A DNA stretch of 43,428 bases, taken from the NCBI GenBank assembly GCA_000503835.1, contig CP006914.1:111790-155217 (forward strand), written 5' to 3'. Every line of letters begins with the position of its first letter. Positions within the stretch are counted from its first letter, which is position 1. The stretch is from a candidate division WWE3 bacterium RAAC2_WWE3_1 (GTDB taxonomy: Bacteria > Patescibacteriota > WWE3 > UBA101185 > UBA10185). Shown here in pieces: positions 1-8,354 of the stretch. The notes below the pieces were generated by a model. The model searched no databases, had not been told where the DNA came from, and saw only the letters and a program-made list of their open reading frames with translations. A program made the position numbers and the translations under genes.

Positions 1-2
1 GA

Positions 3-1565
3 GGAGAGTATTGGTGGTACGACTACGTAGTGAGTGCGGATACCGAGTCGCTTCTAGTATCCTCCAAAGAAGCTAGCAGATTTTCTTTTCCCGTGGAGAT
101 GGAGAAAGGTAAAAAATACGCATTGCTTGCAAAGCTGTTGTTCAGTAAATCAGGTTCGGAGGTAGAGTTTAGGTTAAACGGTTCTGCGGCAGGAAAGATT
201 ATAACAAAGGAAAATTCGTACAGAGGAGTAAAATACGTATTTGTTTCCGAAATCGTGTCGGACACAAACGAAAATACATTGAGTTTTACATCCACCGGTG
301 ACACCAATTCTTTATATGAAATAATAGTAGTACCCATTGAGGAATTATCGGCTGCATTGGAAGATGTAGATAAAATCATTTCGGAATTTCCGGTAGTTTT
401 ATCGTATACGGCCGATAGTTATGATGGTGTGGGGGAAGAAAATTCAATGTTTGACTTCTATTATTCACGCCGTTCCTCTAACGCACCGCCTTTTCAAAAA
501 TTGACCGTAGATATACCCCGTGCTGATAATTACGGTCTACGTGTTCGTCTTAAAAAAAGAAGAATTACCTTTTCCGAAAATCTCGATATGGAGTATTTCA
601 AAATAGTTCGTCCAGGAACAAGCATTACCCAAAAAATTACTAAACCCAGTGATTCTAAAAACTTAGAATTATGTGTTTCTACAACATATGTTAGCAGTGC
701 TACGAACAAGCCTTCGAACGGGATACCGGAAAAGCAACTAAATATTTCCGTTCGCTCGGAAAATACAAATCAAAGCATTCTCTCTGAAGCGTTATCTGCC
801 ACAAGATCATATTCCCCGGGGGATTGGTTCTACAACTGCTTTTCACTTGATGACGCGGTTACTAAAACTTTGGGAAACGAGAACCTTGTTTTATATTTAA
901 CGAGTGATTCCAAGGATGTTATGTGGGCAGTGCCGTATAAAAGTGAGGTAAAAAGTGAGTTAGGGTACAGTATTAAATATCGGTTGAATGGTGAGAGTAA
1001 CGATAGTTCTGTTTTTCTTAAAGTGTCGTCAGAAAATTTCAACGTGTCTAAAAGAGTAACCCTTCAGGATGACGCGTTGGTAGTACTGTCCGAAAGACAG
1101 TATTTTGAGGAAGGAACACAAACCTTTTACTTAGACTGTGGCTTAAACTGTATTGTTGATAGAGTATATATGACCAAGGGAACGAGCTTCTCCGATCTCA
1201 CTTCTACGGCAAACGAAAAAATAATCCCCAAACTTGAAAAATACAAGAACGGACGGATTGAATTTTTATTCAAAGAAAACCTCACTAAAAAAGGTATCTT
1301 ACTTTTTAAACAAAGTTACAACCCTTCTTGGCAGATATCTAAGGATGGAGATGTTGAGAGAGAGCATCTAGTATTAAACGGTTACCAGAACGGCTGGATT
1401 ATATCGGACGTTGACGGTAAGGTTCGGGGGAAAATCATTTTTCAAAAACAATCAATTTATAATGTTGCAAATATAGTATCGTTCACTGTTTTGGCTGTTC
1501 TTTCGGTCTCTACTATTTTATTGTTCGTTTGCAAAAAAAGGCCTAAAAATGAAACAAACGAGTAA
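3..1565 (+). CDS. 5'-truncated large membrane-anchored protein; C-terminal part of a YfhO/AftD-like (GT-C-associated) protein
   Basis: The frame is open from position 3, so the true start lies off-window. It has beta-rich extracellular-type domains, the C-terminal motif LFKQSYNPSW...HLVLNGYQNGWII typical of YfhO-like tails, and then one TM helix with a basic tail. Confidence 0.55.
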   Translation, partial: GEYWWYDYVVSADTESLLVSSKEASRFSFPVEMEKGKKYALLAKLLFSKSGSEVEFRLNGSAAGKIITKENSYRGVKYVFVSEIVSDTNENTLSFTSTGDTNSLYEIIVVPIEELSAALEDVDKIISEFPVVLSYTADSYDGVGEENSMFDFYYSRRSSNAPPFQKLTVDIPRADNYGLRVRLKKRRITFSENLDMEYFKIVRPGTSITQKITKPSDSKNLELCVSTTYVSSATNKPSNGIPEKQLNISVRSENTNQSILSEALSATRSYSPGDWFYNCFSLDDAVTKTLGNENLVLYLTSDSKDVMWAVPYKSEVKSELGYSIKYRLNGESNDSSVFLKVSSENFNVSKRVTLQDDALVVLSERQYFEEGTQTFYLDCGLNCIVDRVYMTKGTSFSDLTSTANEKIIPKLEKYKNGRIEFLFKENLTKKGILLFKQSYNPSWQISKDGDVEREHLVLNGYQNGWIISDVDGKVRGKIIFQKQSIYNVANIVSFTVLAVLSVSTILLFVCKKRPKNETNE

Positions 1566-1905
1566 CCTTGTAGGAAAGATACATTTTATATATTCAGTTG
1601 TTTACATTTCTTTATCGTATCTTCTGCCTTCCTTACTAATCTTTAGACACAAATATGCCACGTACTCAGCATTTATTTTGATATTCTGGTTTTTTAACCG
1701 TTCTAGAATTTCTTATAGTAGCTATGTGTTCTTCGGTGTAATTTTGTTTCCGTTCGCATACATTGCAGATTTTTTTAAAAACGACACGTTGTCTTTGTAC
1801 CTAAGCTCCATAAGTTTATTGAATTTTTTATTTTCCGTTTTCGTCATCGTTTATGACCACTTTAGGTACAATTTGACTAATTTTTCTGAGGGGCATAATA
1901 AGTAG
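1549..1905 (+). CDS. small integral membrane hypothetical protein (about 4 TM)
   Basis: 118 aa, very hydrophobic. Overlaps the upstream gene and ends 2 nt before the next gene, consistent with an operon. Confidence 0.7.
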   Translation: MKQTSNLVGKIHFIYSVVYISLSYLLPSLLIFRHKYATYSAFILIFWFFNRSRISYSSYVFFGVILFPFAYIADFFKNDTLSLYLSSISLLNFLFSVFVIVYDHFRYNLTNFSEGHNK

Positions 1906-1907
1906 GT

Positions 1908-3485
1908 ATGTTAATTGGCGGACTTGACGACCAGATAAATTTAGTTGTTTGGTCTTTAATATCAAAACCATTTTTTTCTTTTGCCCACGATTTTTTTTCT
2001 CGTTCTGAAACGTTGAATGTTACTTTTTTAGCATATTTGAGACCTTTAGACTCCAACGAGCCACTCACATGGTTTTTTATTTCATCACTCGCTTCGCTGG
2101 TTGGTTACTGGGCTAACAATATTATCGTTTTACTGACATTAGTTCTAAATTTCTATTTTAGCCACTTATTTTTCAAGAAGTTCAAATACGGTTTAGTATT
2201 TTCATTGATTTTTACTTTTAGCTCATATTTCTGGCTTCATCTTGGCAAGCACCCGGATTTAGGATTTGTATGGCTACTTCCCGTTATCGTCAAAAAACTA
2301 GATGCAGATTTTAATTACTCGCTAAAAAATGGGTTTATGCTAGCTTTTTATGCCTTCTTATTGTCGTTAATGTCTAATTATCTTGGTTTTTTTCTTGTGT
2401 TATTTGTAGGTTTATTTGTTTTGTGTGACCTGTTGTTGAAAGTGCAGAGTATAAAAAAAGTAACGAAATTTTGTGTAGTCTTTATTACGTCTTACATTTT
2501 GCTGATAGTTACAGCTTTAATGCCTTATATTAAAATTAACTATTTTAATGCACCCCCTCAGGGTTACATAAATCCGCTCAACAGATCTTACGATGATTTA
2601 GTATCGTTTAGCTCCAGACCTTGGTATCACTTTATTCCCTCGCCTAAGAACCCGGTTTATAAGGAATTATCTCAGAACCTGCTTAGCAGAATTGAGGGTA
2701 CCGGGTATTTTCTCGCTGATGATTATTTCCAGGGTGAGCATGACTCGATGTTTTTTGGATATTTTTTTCTTGTCTCTTATCTTTCGGTTGTTATCTATAA
2801 TCTGTACGAAAGAAAGAGACTCAATAACGACAAGAACACGAACATACACCGCAAATATCTATTATTAGCGTTTTTCTTATTTCTTTTCACCCTTCCGCCG
2901 TTTTTTACTGTGTTTGGTCAAACACTATATACCCCAAGCTATCTTTTATTCAAGATAGCCCCTTTTTTTAGGGTAACATCCAGGCTTTCAATATTTATAC
3001 TACTCGCATTGTTGCTGAGTTTTAGTTACGGTTTAAAAAATATAGTTTTTAAAAATACCAAAATTCTCAGTTTTCTCATGGCTGTGCTATTAGTTGTGAC
3101 ACTAGTTGAAAGCTATGTTCCGCCTAAAATTTATAAAAATGAGGGCACACCAGGTGTATATAAATATTTGGGACAGATGCCGACTTTTGATAAATTTGTA
3201 GTATATCCTTACTCTATGACGAAGGAAGCATTGTATTTTCTTCCCGAGCACAAAAAAGACCTCCTTAACATAAGGGGATTTAGTAACAGTACCTATGAGT
3301 CGCAAAGTCTTACGGAAAGGTTAGTAACAGACGAAGGTTTGTTGAGCACTAGAGATTTAGGGGTGCGTTATCTTTTGGTGTTTAAAAACGCCCCGACAGA
3401 AGATTTAGTATACTTTTCAGAGCAACGCGGTCTTATTTTGGAAAGGGAATTCGATAACTCCTATCTCTATTATTTTAAAAAATAG
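1908..3485 (+). CDS. multi-TM membrane protein, putative GT-C fold glycosyltransferase (YfhO-like)
   Basis: 525 aa with about 12 hydrophobic segments, a PFFRVTSRLSIF motif and a C-terminal soluble domain (LGVRYLLV). Sits in a glycan cluster. Confidence 0.55.
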   Translation: MLIGGLDDQINLVVWSLISKPFFSFAHDFFSRSETLNVTFLAYLRPLDSNEPLTWFFISSLASLVGYWANNIIVLLTLVLNFYFSHLFFKKFKYGLVFSLIFTFSSYFWLHLGKHPDLGFVWLLPVIVKKLDADFNYSLKNGFMLAFYAFLLSLMSNYLGFFLVLFVGLFVLCDLLLKVQSIKKVTKFCVVFITSYILLIVTALMPYIKINYFNAPPQGYINPLNRSYDDLVSFSSRPWYHFIPSPKNPVYKELSQNLLSRIEGTGYFLADDYFQGEHDSMFFGYFFLVSYLSVVIYNLYERKRLNNDKNTNIHRKYLLLAFFLFLFTLPPFFTVFGQTLYTPSYLLFKIAPFFRVTSRLSIFILLALLLSFSYGLKNIVFKNTKILSFLMAVLLVVTLVESYVPPKIYKNEGTPGVYKYLGQMPTFDKFVVYPYSMTKEALYFLPEHKKDLLNIRGFSNSTYESQSLTERLVTDEGLLSTRDLGVRYLLVFKNAPTEDLVYFSEQRGLILEREFDNSYLYYFKK

Positions 3486-4163
3486 ATGAACTCTCATACA
3501 TTCTCTCAATCTAAATATTTTGATTCAAGGTGGTTCCGTGATACGGGTTTGGAGGGTACACGTATTAGGCAAATATTGAGTCTGATAGGGACTGGATCAA
3601 AAATTTTGGATGTGGGTTCTTACAACGGTGGTATAACAAGAAGGATTAAAGAGCAAGGCAATGATGTGAAGGCTGCAGATGCATCCTCAGCATTTGCGGA
3701 CTTGTATAGGGAGTTGGGTATTCCGTTTTCTCAAGTAGATTTGGAGAGACCTCTTCCTTACGGAGATTCGGAGTTTGACGTTGTTTTTGCAGGTGAGGTT
3801 ATAGAACATCTTGCGGATACCGATACTTTCATAAGAGAGATAGGGCGTGTCCTTAAACTTGGGGGCAGGTTGGTATTAACAACACCGAATGTCGCATCTT
3901 TAGCGAGGAGAATCATGCTTTTGTTTGGTATTAATCCATTTTTCGAAGCGTCCTTTACTTTTCCCGGAGCGGGGGTAGCTGGACATCTTCGTTATTTTAC
4001 CCCATCGTTACTAAAAAGTTTTTTAACTTCGTGTAAATTCAGGGTTGAGTTTCTGGGCACCGATTCGATTACCCTGACCCCAAATTACGGAAGTGTTTTC
4101 TTAGCGAAGGTGTTCCCAACATTTGGAAGATCCATAATTGTTGTAGCCATAAACGAAAAGTAA
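3486..4163 (+). CDS. class I SAM-dependent methyltransferase (type 11-like)
   Basis: Motifs ILDVGSYNG, LPYGDSEFDVVFAGEVIEHL and RVLKLGGRLVLTTPN. Confidence 0.9.
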   Translation: MNSHTFSQSKYFDSRWFRDTGLEGTRIRQILSLIGTGSKILDVGSYNGGITRRIKEQGNDVKAADASSAFADLYRELGIPFSQVDLERPLPYGDSEFDVVFAGEVIEHLADTDTFIREIGRVLKLGGRLVLTTPNVASLARRIMLLFGINPFFEASFTFPGAGVAGHLRYFTPSLLKSFLTSCKFRVEFLGTDSITLTPNYGSVFLAKVFPTFGRSIIVVAINEK

Positions 4164-4180
4164 ACAAAAGGACCCATAGT

Positions 4181-4209
4181 TTGATACCAAACGCCCGGTA
4201 TGTTAACAT
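4181..4209 (+). promoter_or_regulatory. sigma70-type promoter of the small ORF at 4241
   Basis: TTGATA (4181-4186), a 17-nt spacer, then TAACAT (4204-4209) preceded by TGn (extended -10). Confidence 0.55.
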
Positions 4210-4240
4210 TCAGGTATCTTAGAAAGAACGGGGAGTAAAA

Positions 4241-4414
4241 ATGGCCTATTGTAAAGAGCTGACGGAGTATTGCAGTTACTGCGGAGGGCATCTTGGCCCG
4301 ATGATTACTCTAGGAGAACGTCTCAAGCACGCCAGGGGCGACTGTGTACGAAACAGCACGCACGAGAAACAGCAAAAACAGCGAAAAGCTCAATTGAGGT
4401 TTCCGGGCGTGTAG
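4241..4414 (+). CDS. 57-aa microprotein with a putative C2HC zinc-binding motif (not in ORF track)
   Basis: Hand translation: MAYCKELTEYCSYCGGHLGPMITLGERLKHARGDCVRNSTHEKQQKQRKAQLRFPGV*. SD GGGGAG at 4230-4235 lies 5 nt before the ATG. Has its own promoter and terminator. Motif C-x2-C-x15-H-x4-C. Confidence 0.7.
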   Translation: MAYCKELTEYCSYCGGHLGPMITLGERLKHARGDCVRNSTHEKQQKQRKAQLRFPGV

Positions 4415-4475
4415 TACTTAAAGAGACAACATCCGCTGTGGTAATGGTTCAACCTCCCATCCCTATCACAGCACC

Positions 4476-4518
4476 GGGGGCTAAAAAGACTGCTCAATCT
4501 TTTAGCCCCCATTTCTTT
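4476..4518 (+). terminator. intrinsic terminator
   Basis: 11-bp stem GGGGGCTAAAA/TTTTAGCCCCC followed by ATTTCTTT. Confidence 0.75.
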
Positions 4519-4548
4519 ACTCCCTTACTGCTATATAATTAATTCATA

Positions 4549-5922
4549 ATGTCCGGGATAAAAATATTTTTAATTTCCTTTGCGGTATTTTTCGTTCCTT
4601 TTTTAATCCCAGGCTTCCGTGGCATTAACTCGCTTATCATTCAAAGCGAAGATACGGTGCCTTCTATTTTCACAACTATCTCAATTATTAAAGACCGTAC
4701 ACTTTACCTTGACAAATATTACGTAATGATGCGCGGCCGCTACCCACACCCGGATGACAAGGATTTTCAAAAGAATCTGACCCCCTTTTATTTAAGAAAA
4801 GTGGGCGGTCATTATATTACTGCTTTTCCGATTATTACTTCTATTTTGTCAGTTCCGGTTTTTACGCTGCCCCTCGTCTTTGGAATGCCGATAACCTGGA
4901 ATAACCTGGCACTGTTAAATCATTTATCGGGCGCGTTAATCATGGCATTGGCCGGGCTGTTTATGTTTAAAACTCTCCGCGAAGGATTCAACCTGGAAGA
5001 AAAAAAATCTGTAATTCTTACGGCGGTTTATTTGTTCGCTACGGTAAATTTTGCGATGATATCTCAGGCGATGTGGCAGCACGGGACACTGCAACTGTTC
5101 TCGATTTTAGGTATTTACTTTTTCCTTAAACACCAAAAAGACCAATCCGCGTATATAAAAATGTTGTTGTCCGGCTTGTTTTTCGGTTTCGCTTTTTTAT
5201 CGCGTCCGACCGCGGGTCTTCCCATTTTACTAATCGAGCTTTACCTAGTGTTTACCAACTTACACAAAACCGATAACTTATTTAAATCTGCGGTGACCTT
5301 TACTTTAGGTCTGGTTGTCGCCGCGTCTTTCTTTCTCTGGTACAACTCCGTTTATTACTACGACATACAAAATCAGGGTTATTCAAATCAGCTTTTTCGT
5401 TCGTGGCTCTCGCCTTTTCCGGTAAGTTTTTTAGGAGTGTGGCTTTCCCCGAGCAAAGGTATTTTAATTTTTTCGCCGGTACTATTCTTCTCAATTTACG
5501 GATTCTACCTTGCGATCAAAGGCAAAATTGAAAAGGCCTCTCTCTATAAAGTTTTCGCGCTCATCATCCTCCTGCACACACTTGTTATTAGCTTATGGAA
5601 GCATTGGTATGGGGGCTGGTCTTTCGGGTACAGGATGTCGAGCGATGTCCTGCCTTATTTTATATTTTTGATGATTCCTTACATTAATTCCGCGGCTTTT
5701 GAAAAAACTAAAAAACTATTTTTCATTCTCCTCGGGCTGTCGGTGTTCATTGAAATCTACGGACTTTTCTTTTTTGACGGAATTTGGCACGCCGCTTATG
5801 ATCTCGGTTACGAAAATACTTCGTGGTTATGGTCGGTAAAGGACTCCCAGTTTTTATTTGACATAAGGCGGGTAATGGTAAAACTGGGCTTGTTGATTTC
5901 GGCGTGTCCAAAGTGTTTATAG
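4549..5922 (+). CDS. multi-TM GT-C type glycosyltransferase (PMT/GPI-mannosyltransferase-like)
   Basis: 457 aa with about 11 TM segments, an acidic SEDT pair after TM1, and motifs SPSKGILIFSP and WYGGWSFGYR. Confidence 0.6.
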   Translation: MSGIKIFLISFAVFFVPFLIPGFRGINSLIIQSEDTVPSIFTTISIIKDRTLYLDKYYVMMRGRYPHPDDKDFQKNLTPFYLRKVGGHYITAFPIITSILSVPVFTLPLVFGMPITWNNLALLNHLSGALIMALAGLFMFKTLREGFNLEEKKSVILTAVYLFATVNFAMISQAMWQHGTLQLFSILGIYFFLKHQKDQSAYIKMLLSGLFFGFAFLSRPTAGLPILLIELYLVFTNLHKTDNLFKSAVTFTLGLVVAASFFLWYNSVYYYDIQNQGYSNQLFRSWLSPFPVSFLGVWLSPSKGILIFSPVLFFSIYGFYLAIKGKIEKASLYKVFALIILLHTLVISLWKHWYGGWSFGYRMSSDVLPYFIFLMIPYINSAAFEKTKKLFFILLGLSVFIEIYGLFFFDGIWHAAYDLGYENTSWLWSVKDSQFLFDIRRVMVKLGLLISACPKCL

Positions 5923-6006
5923 TCGGAACAAAAGAGGATAAAATGACTTCAACGTCTGTTAGACTGAATTACCTAATAATGATAGGATACTGTGCGGACT
6001 CGGCAT

Positions 6007-7209
6007 ATGCAGCACCAAGGTGAAAAATACAACATAATCTGCCTTTCAAACCAACTCTGGGATTATCCCCTTTGGACGAACAAAAAACACGTTATGACAA
6101 GGCTCGAAAAGCTCGGACACAACGTATTGTTCGTTGACCCTCCTATTAACACCGGGCGTTTGTTTATGCGCCAGGTTCTAAAGGGTAAGTGGAGCCTGTC
6201 AAAACTGCTTACAAAAAAAGAAAAGAGCGGAAATGTTCTCGTGTACTCCCCGCTGGATTTTTCTCCCGCACATGAAAAACACGCCGAATTTCATGCCAAG
6301 TCTATTCAGAAAGCCGCAAAGGAATTTTTTAATCCGGACCGCAACACCATTCTTTGGGTGTACCACGTCGAGATAACAGGTCTTGAACAATATCTAAAAT
6401 ACATCGAGCATGATTTTCTGGTCTATGACTGCGTTGATAATTATGCGGGTTTTCCAAAGTACAGCACTCCGGAGAAAAAAGAGGCAATAAATAAAAAAGA
6501 GCAGAATTTGGCGATGAGAGCGAACGTTGTCTTTTCAACCGCTCCCGGTTTAGTAGATAAACTCAAGAAATTTAATTCGAATGTTTATTTCACCCCCAAC
6601 GTCGGTGATTACCCGAAGTTTTTTGATATTAAAAATCGGGTGAAAGAATTTCCGGAGGATATAAGTTCCATTCCACGCCCCATCATAGGTTTTTATGGAG
6701 CGGTTGATGATTATAAGTTCGACAGGGAGCTTATGAAAAAGATTGTAACCGATTACCCGACATTTTCTTTCGTAATCATCGGCCCTATTGCGCTAAAGGA
6801 TAGGGAAGGATCTTTGGAAGAATTGGGTCTCGGGGGTTTTCCGAACCTATATTTTTTGGGCACCAAACCTTTTTCCGAAATACACAAGTATGTTGCCGCG
6901 TTTGACGCTACAATAATCCCTTACAGACTTAATGACTACACTGTGGGTGGGTGTTTCCCCGTAAAATTTCATGAAGGATTAGCTGCGGGACTCCCGACAA
7001 TTGTTACGGATCTTCCGGCCTATGCTCCTTTTGCCGATGTTTGTTATGTCGCAAAAAGTTACAACGAATTTTCTCAGTTCGTGAGAAAAGCTCTGGAAGA
7101 AGACAGCGAAGAAAAAAGAACAGCAAGACAGCTGGTCGCCAAGAACAATGATTGGGACGGAAAAGTTGAACGTATGCTTAGAATCATCGGCGATTTAATA
7201 AAAAGATGA
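6007..7209 (+). CDS. GT-B glycosyltransferase (GT4 / TuaH-like)
   Basis: Motifs VYDCVDNY, PRPIIGFYGA and FPVKFHEGLAAGLP. The ATG at 6007 is preferred over the GTG at 5992. Confidence 0.85.
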   Translation: MQHQGEKYNIICLSNQLWDYPLWTNKKHVMTRLEKLGHNVLFVDPPINTGRLFMRQVLKGKWSLSKLLTKKEKSGNVLVYSPLDFSPAHEKHAEFHAKSIQKAAKEFFNPDRNTILWVYHVEITGLEQYLKYIEHDFLVYDCVDNYAGFPKYSTPEKKEAINKKEQNLAMRANVVFSTAPGLVDKLKKFNSNVYFTPNVGDYPKFFDIKNRVKEFPEDISSIPRPIIGFYGAVDDYKFDRELMKKIVTDYPTFSFVIIGPIALKDREGSLEELGLGGFPNLYFLGTKPFSEIHKYVAAFDATIIPYRLNDYTVGGCFPVKFHEGLAAGLPTIVTDLPAYAPFADVCYVAKSYNEFSQFVRKALEEDSEEKRTARQLVAKNNDWDGKVERMLRIIGDLIKR

Positions 7210-8354
7210 AAATTCTCTACACCCACAACTCATCTAAACAGGGAGGCATGGAACAGCATGTTTTGGATCTTGTTAAAGGAATGCTAAGTGTGGGGAATGA
7301 AGTCTTTGTCTGGTGTCCAGTAGGAAAACCTGCGGATATTTATGAGGGGGCAGGGGCAAAGGTTTTTAGAAAAAGCATCGAATCCGATTTTGACCGTGCG
7401 TATATCGATGAGCTGACCACTTTCTTAAAGGAAACACAGATCGAGGTTATTCACGCCCACGAACTAAAAGCCGCGGCTAACGCACTTGTTGCCGCCAGGA
7501 ACGCCCACACTCCGGTCAAAATAACGCACGTTCATACGCCAATCTCCGAATGGAAGATAAACCCCACCAAACGCAAAGTGGACACGCTCTTTTACAGTTT
7601 TATCGTAAACCGCTTTTCCGATGCTGAGATCGCTCTAACCGAGTCGAAAAAGAAGATAAAAATAAAGGAAGGCATAAATAAAGATAAAATCGTTGTGATA
7701 CCAAACGGTCTTGATATAACAAAGCTCACCGTTTCTCAGATTACAAAAACAGACTACGAAGAGGAGATAAGAAAAAAGTATGGGATAAATAAGAACGCCT
7801 TTGTGTTCGGGAATGTCGGAAGAATATCTCGGGAAAAAGGCCATGACATTTTATTGACCTCCTACAAAAAGTTTTTAAGCACCGACATGTATCATTCCAA
7901 GGATTTCGTGCTGTTCATTGCCGGGGGAGGTGAGTTGGAGAATGATATCAGACAGCTGGCAATTACGAAGGGTGTTGGTGATAAAGTTATTTTTACGGGT
8001 GAATTTCCTGCAGAAGACCTGGTAAAGATTTATTCTGCTTTTGACTTTTTTGTTTTTCCGACTTTGGCGGAGGGTTTTGGCTTAGTTCTTGTCGAAGCCA
8101 TGTACATGGGACTTCCTGTTATATGTTCCGATCTTGAAGTATTGAAAGAGGTTGCAGGAGACACGGTTACTTATTTCCGAGCCGGTGACCCTTCCGACCT
8201 TTCTGAAAAAATGATTGAAGCCTATGAAAAATACGTTAACAATGAGCAGGAGCCCCGTATGCGGGGTAAACAAAGGGTAACCGAACTCTTTACCATCGAG
8301 GCCTTTACGAACAGTTACGTTTCACTTTACGAAAGGATGTTGAACAAAAAATGA
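7206..8354 (+). CDS. glycosyltransferase family 4
   Basis: Motifs GGMEQHV, VGRISREKG and EGFGLVLVEAM (ExFG...E). ATGA overlap with the upstream gene. Confidence 0.92.
   Translation: MKILYTHNSSKQGGMEQHVLDLVKGMLSVGNEVFVWCPVGKPADIYEGAGAKVFRKSIESDFDRAYIDELTTFLKETQIEVIHAHELKAAANALVAARNAHTPVKITHVHTPISEWKINPTKRKVDTLFYSFIVNRFSDAEIALTESKKKIKIKEGINKDKIVVIPNGLDITKLTVSQITKTDYEEEIRKKYGINKNAFVFGNVGRISREKGHDILLTSYKKFLSTDMYHSKDFVLFIAGGGELENDIRQLAITKGVGDKVIFTGEFPAEDLVKIYSAFDFFVFPTLAEGFGLVLVEAMYMGLPVICSDLEVLKEVAGDTVTYFRAGDPSDLSEKMIEAYEKYVNNEQEPRMRGKQRVTELFTIEAFTNSYVSLYERMLNKK

Noticed and set aside
4415-4510. Hairpins as integron attC sites or a tRNA/CRISPR remnant (also 39626-39720)
   Set aside because: No RYYYAAC...GTTRRRY ends in the expected arrangement, no cloverleaf, no repeat-spacer array, and no integrase or cas gene in the window.
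4270-4542. 90-aa ORF in the track (TTG start)
   Set aside because: It has no well-placed RBS and runs through the terminator hairpin. The 4241-4414 frame has a promoter, SD, ATG and a motif.
4891-4909. Tandem repeat ATAACCTGG x2
   Set aside because: Only two copies inside an intact CDS; not a CRISPR array or contingency repeat.
5943-6023. 26-aa ORF with GAGG upstream, overlapping the GT start (possible leader peptide)
   Set aside because: It is too short and featureless, has no attenuator structure, and could arise by chance.
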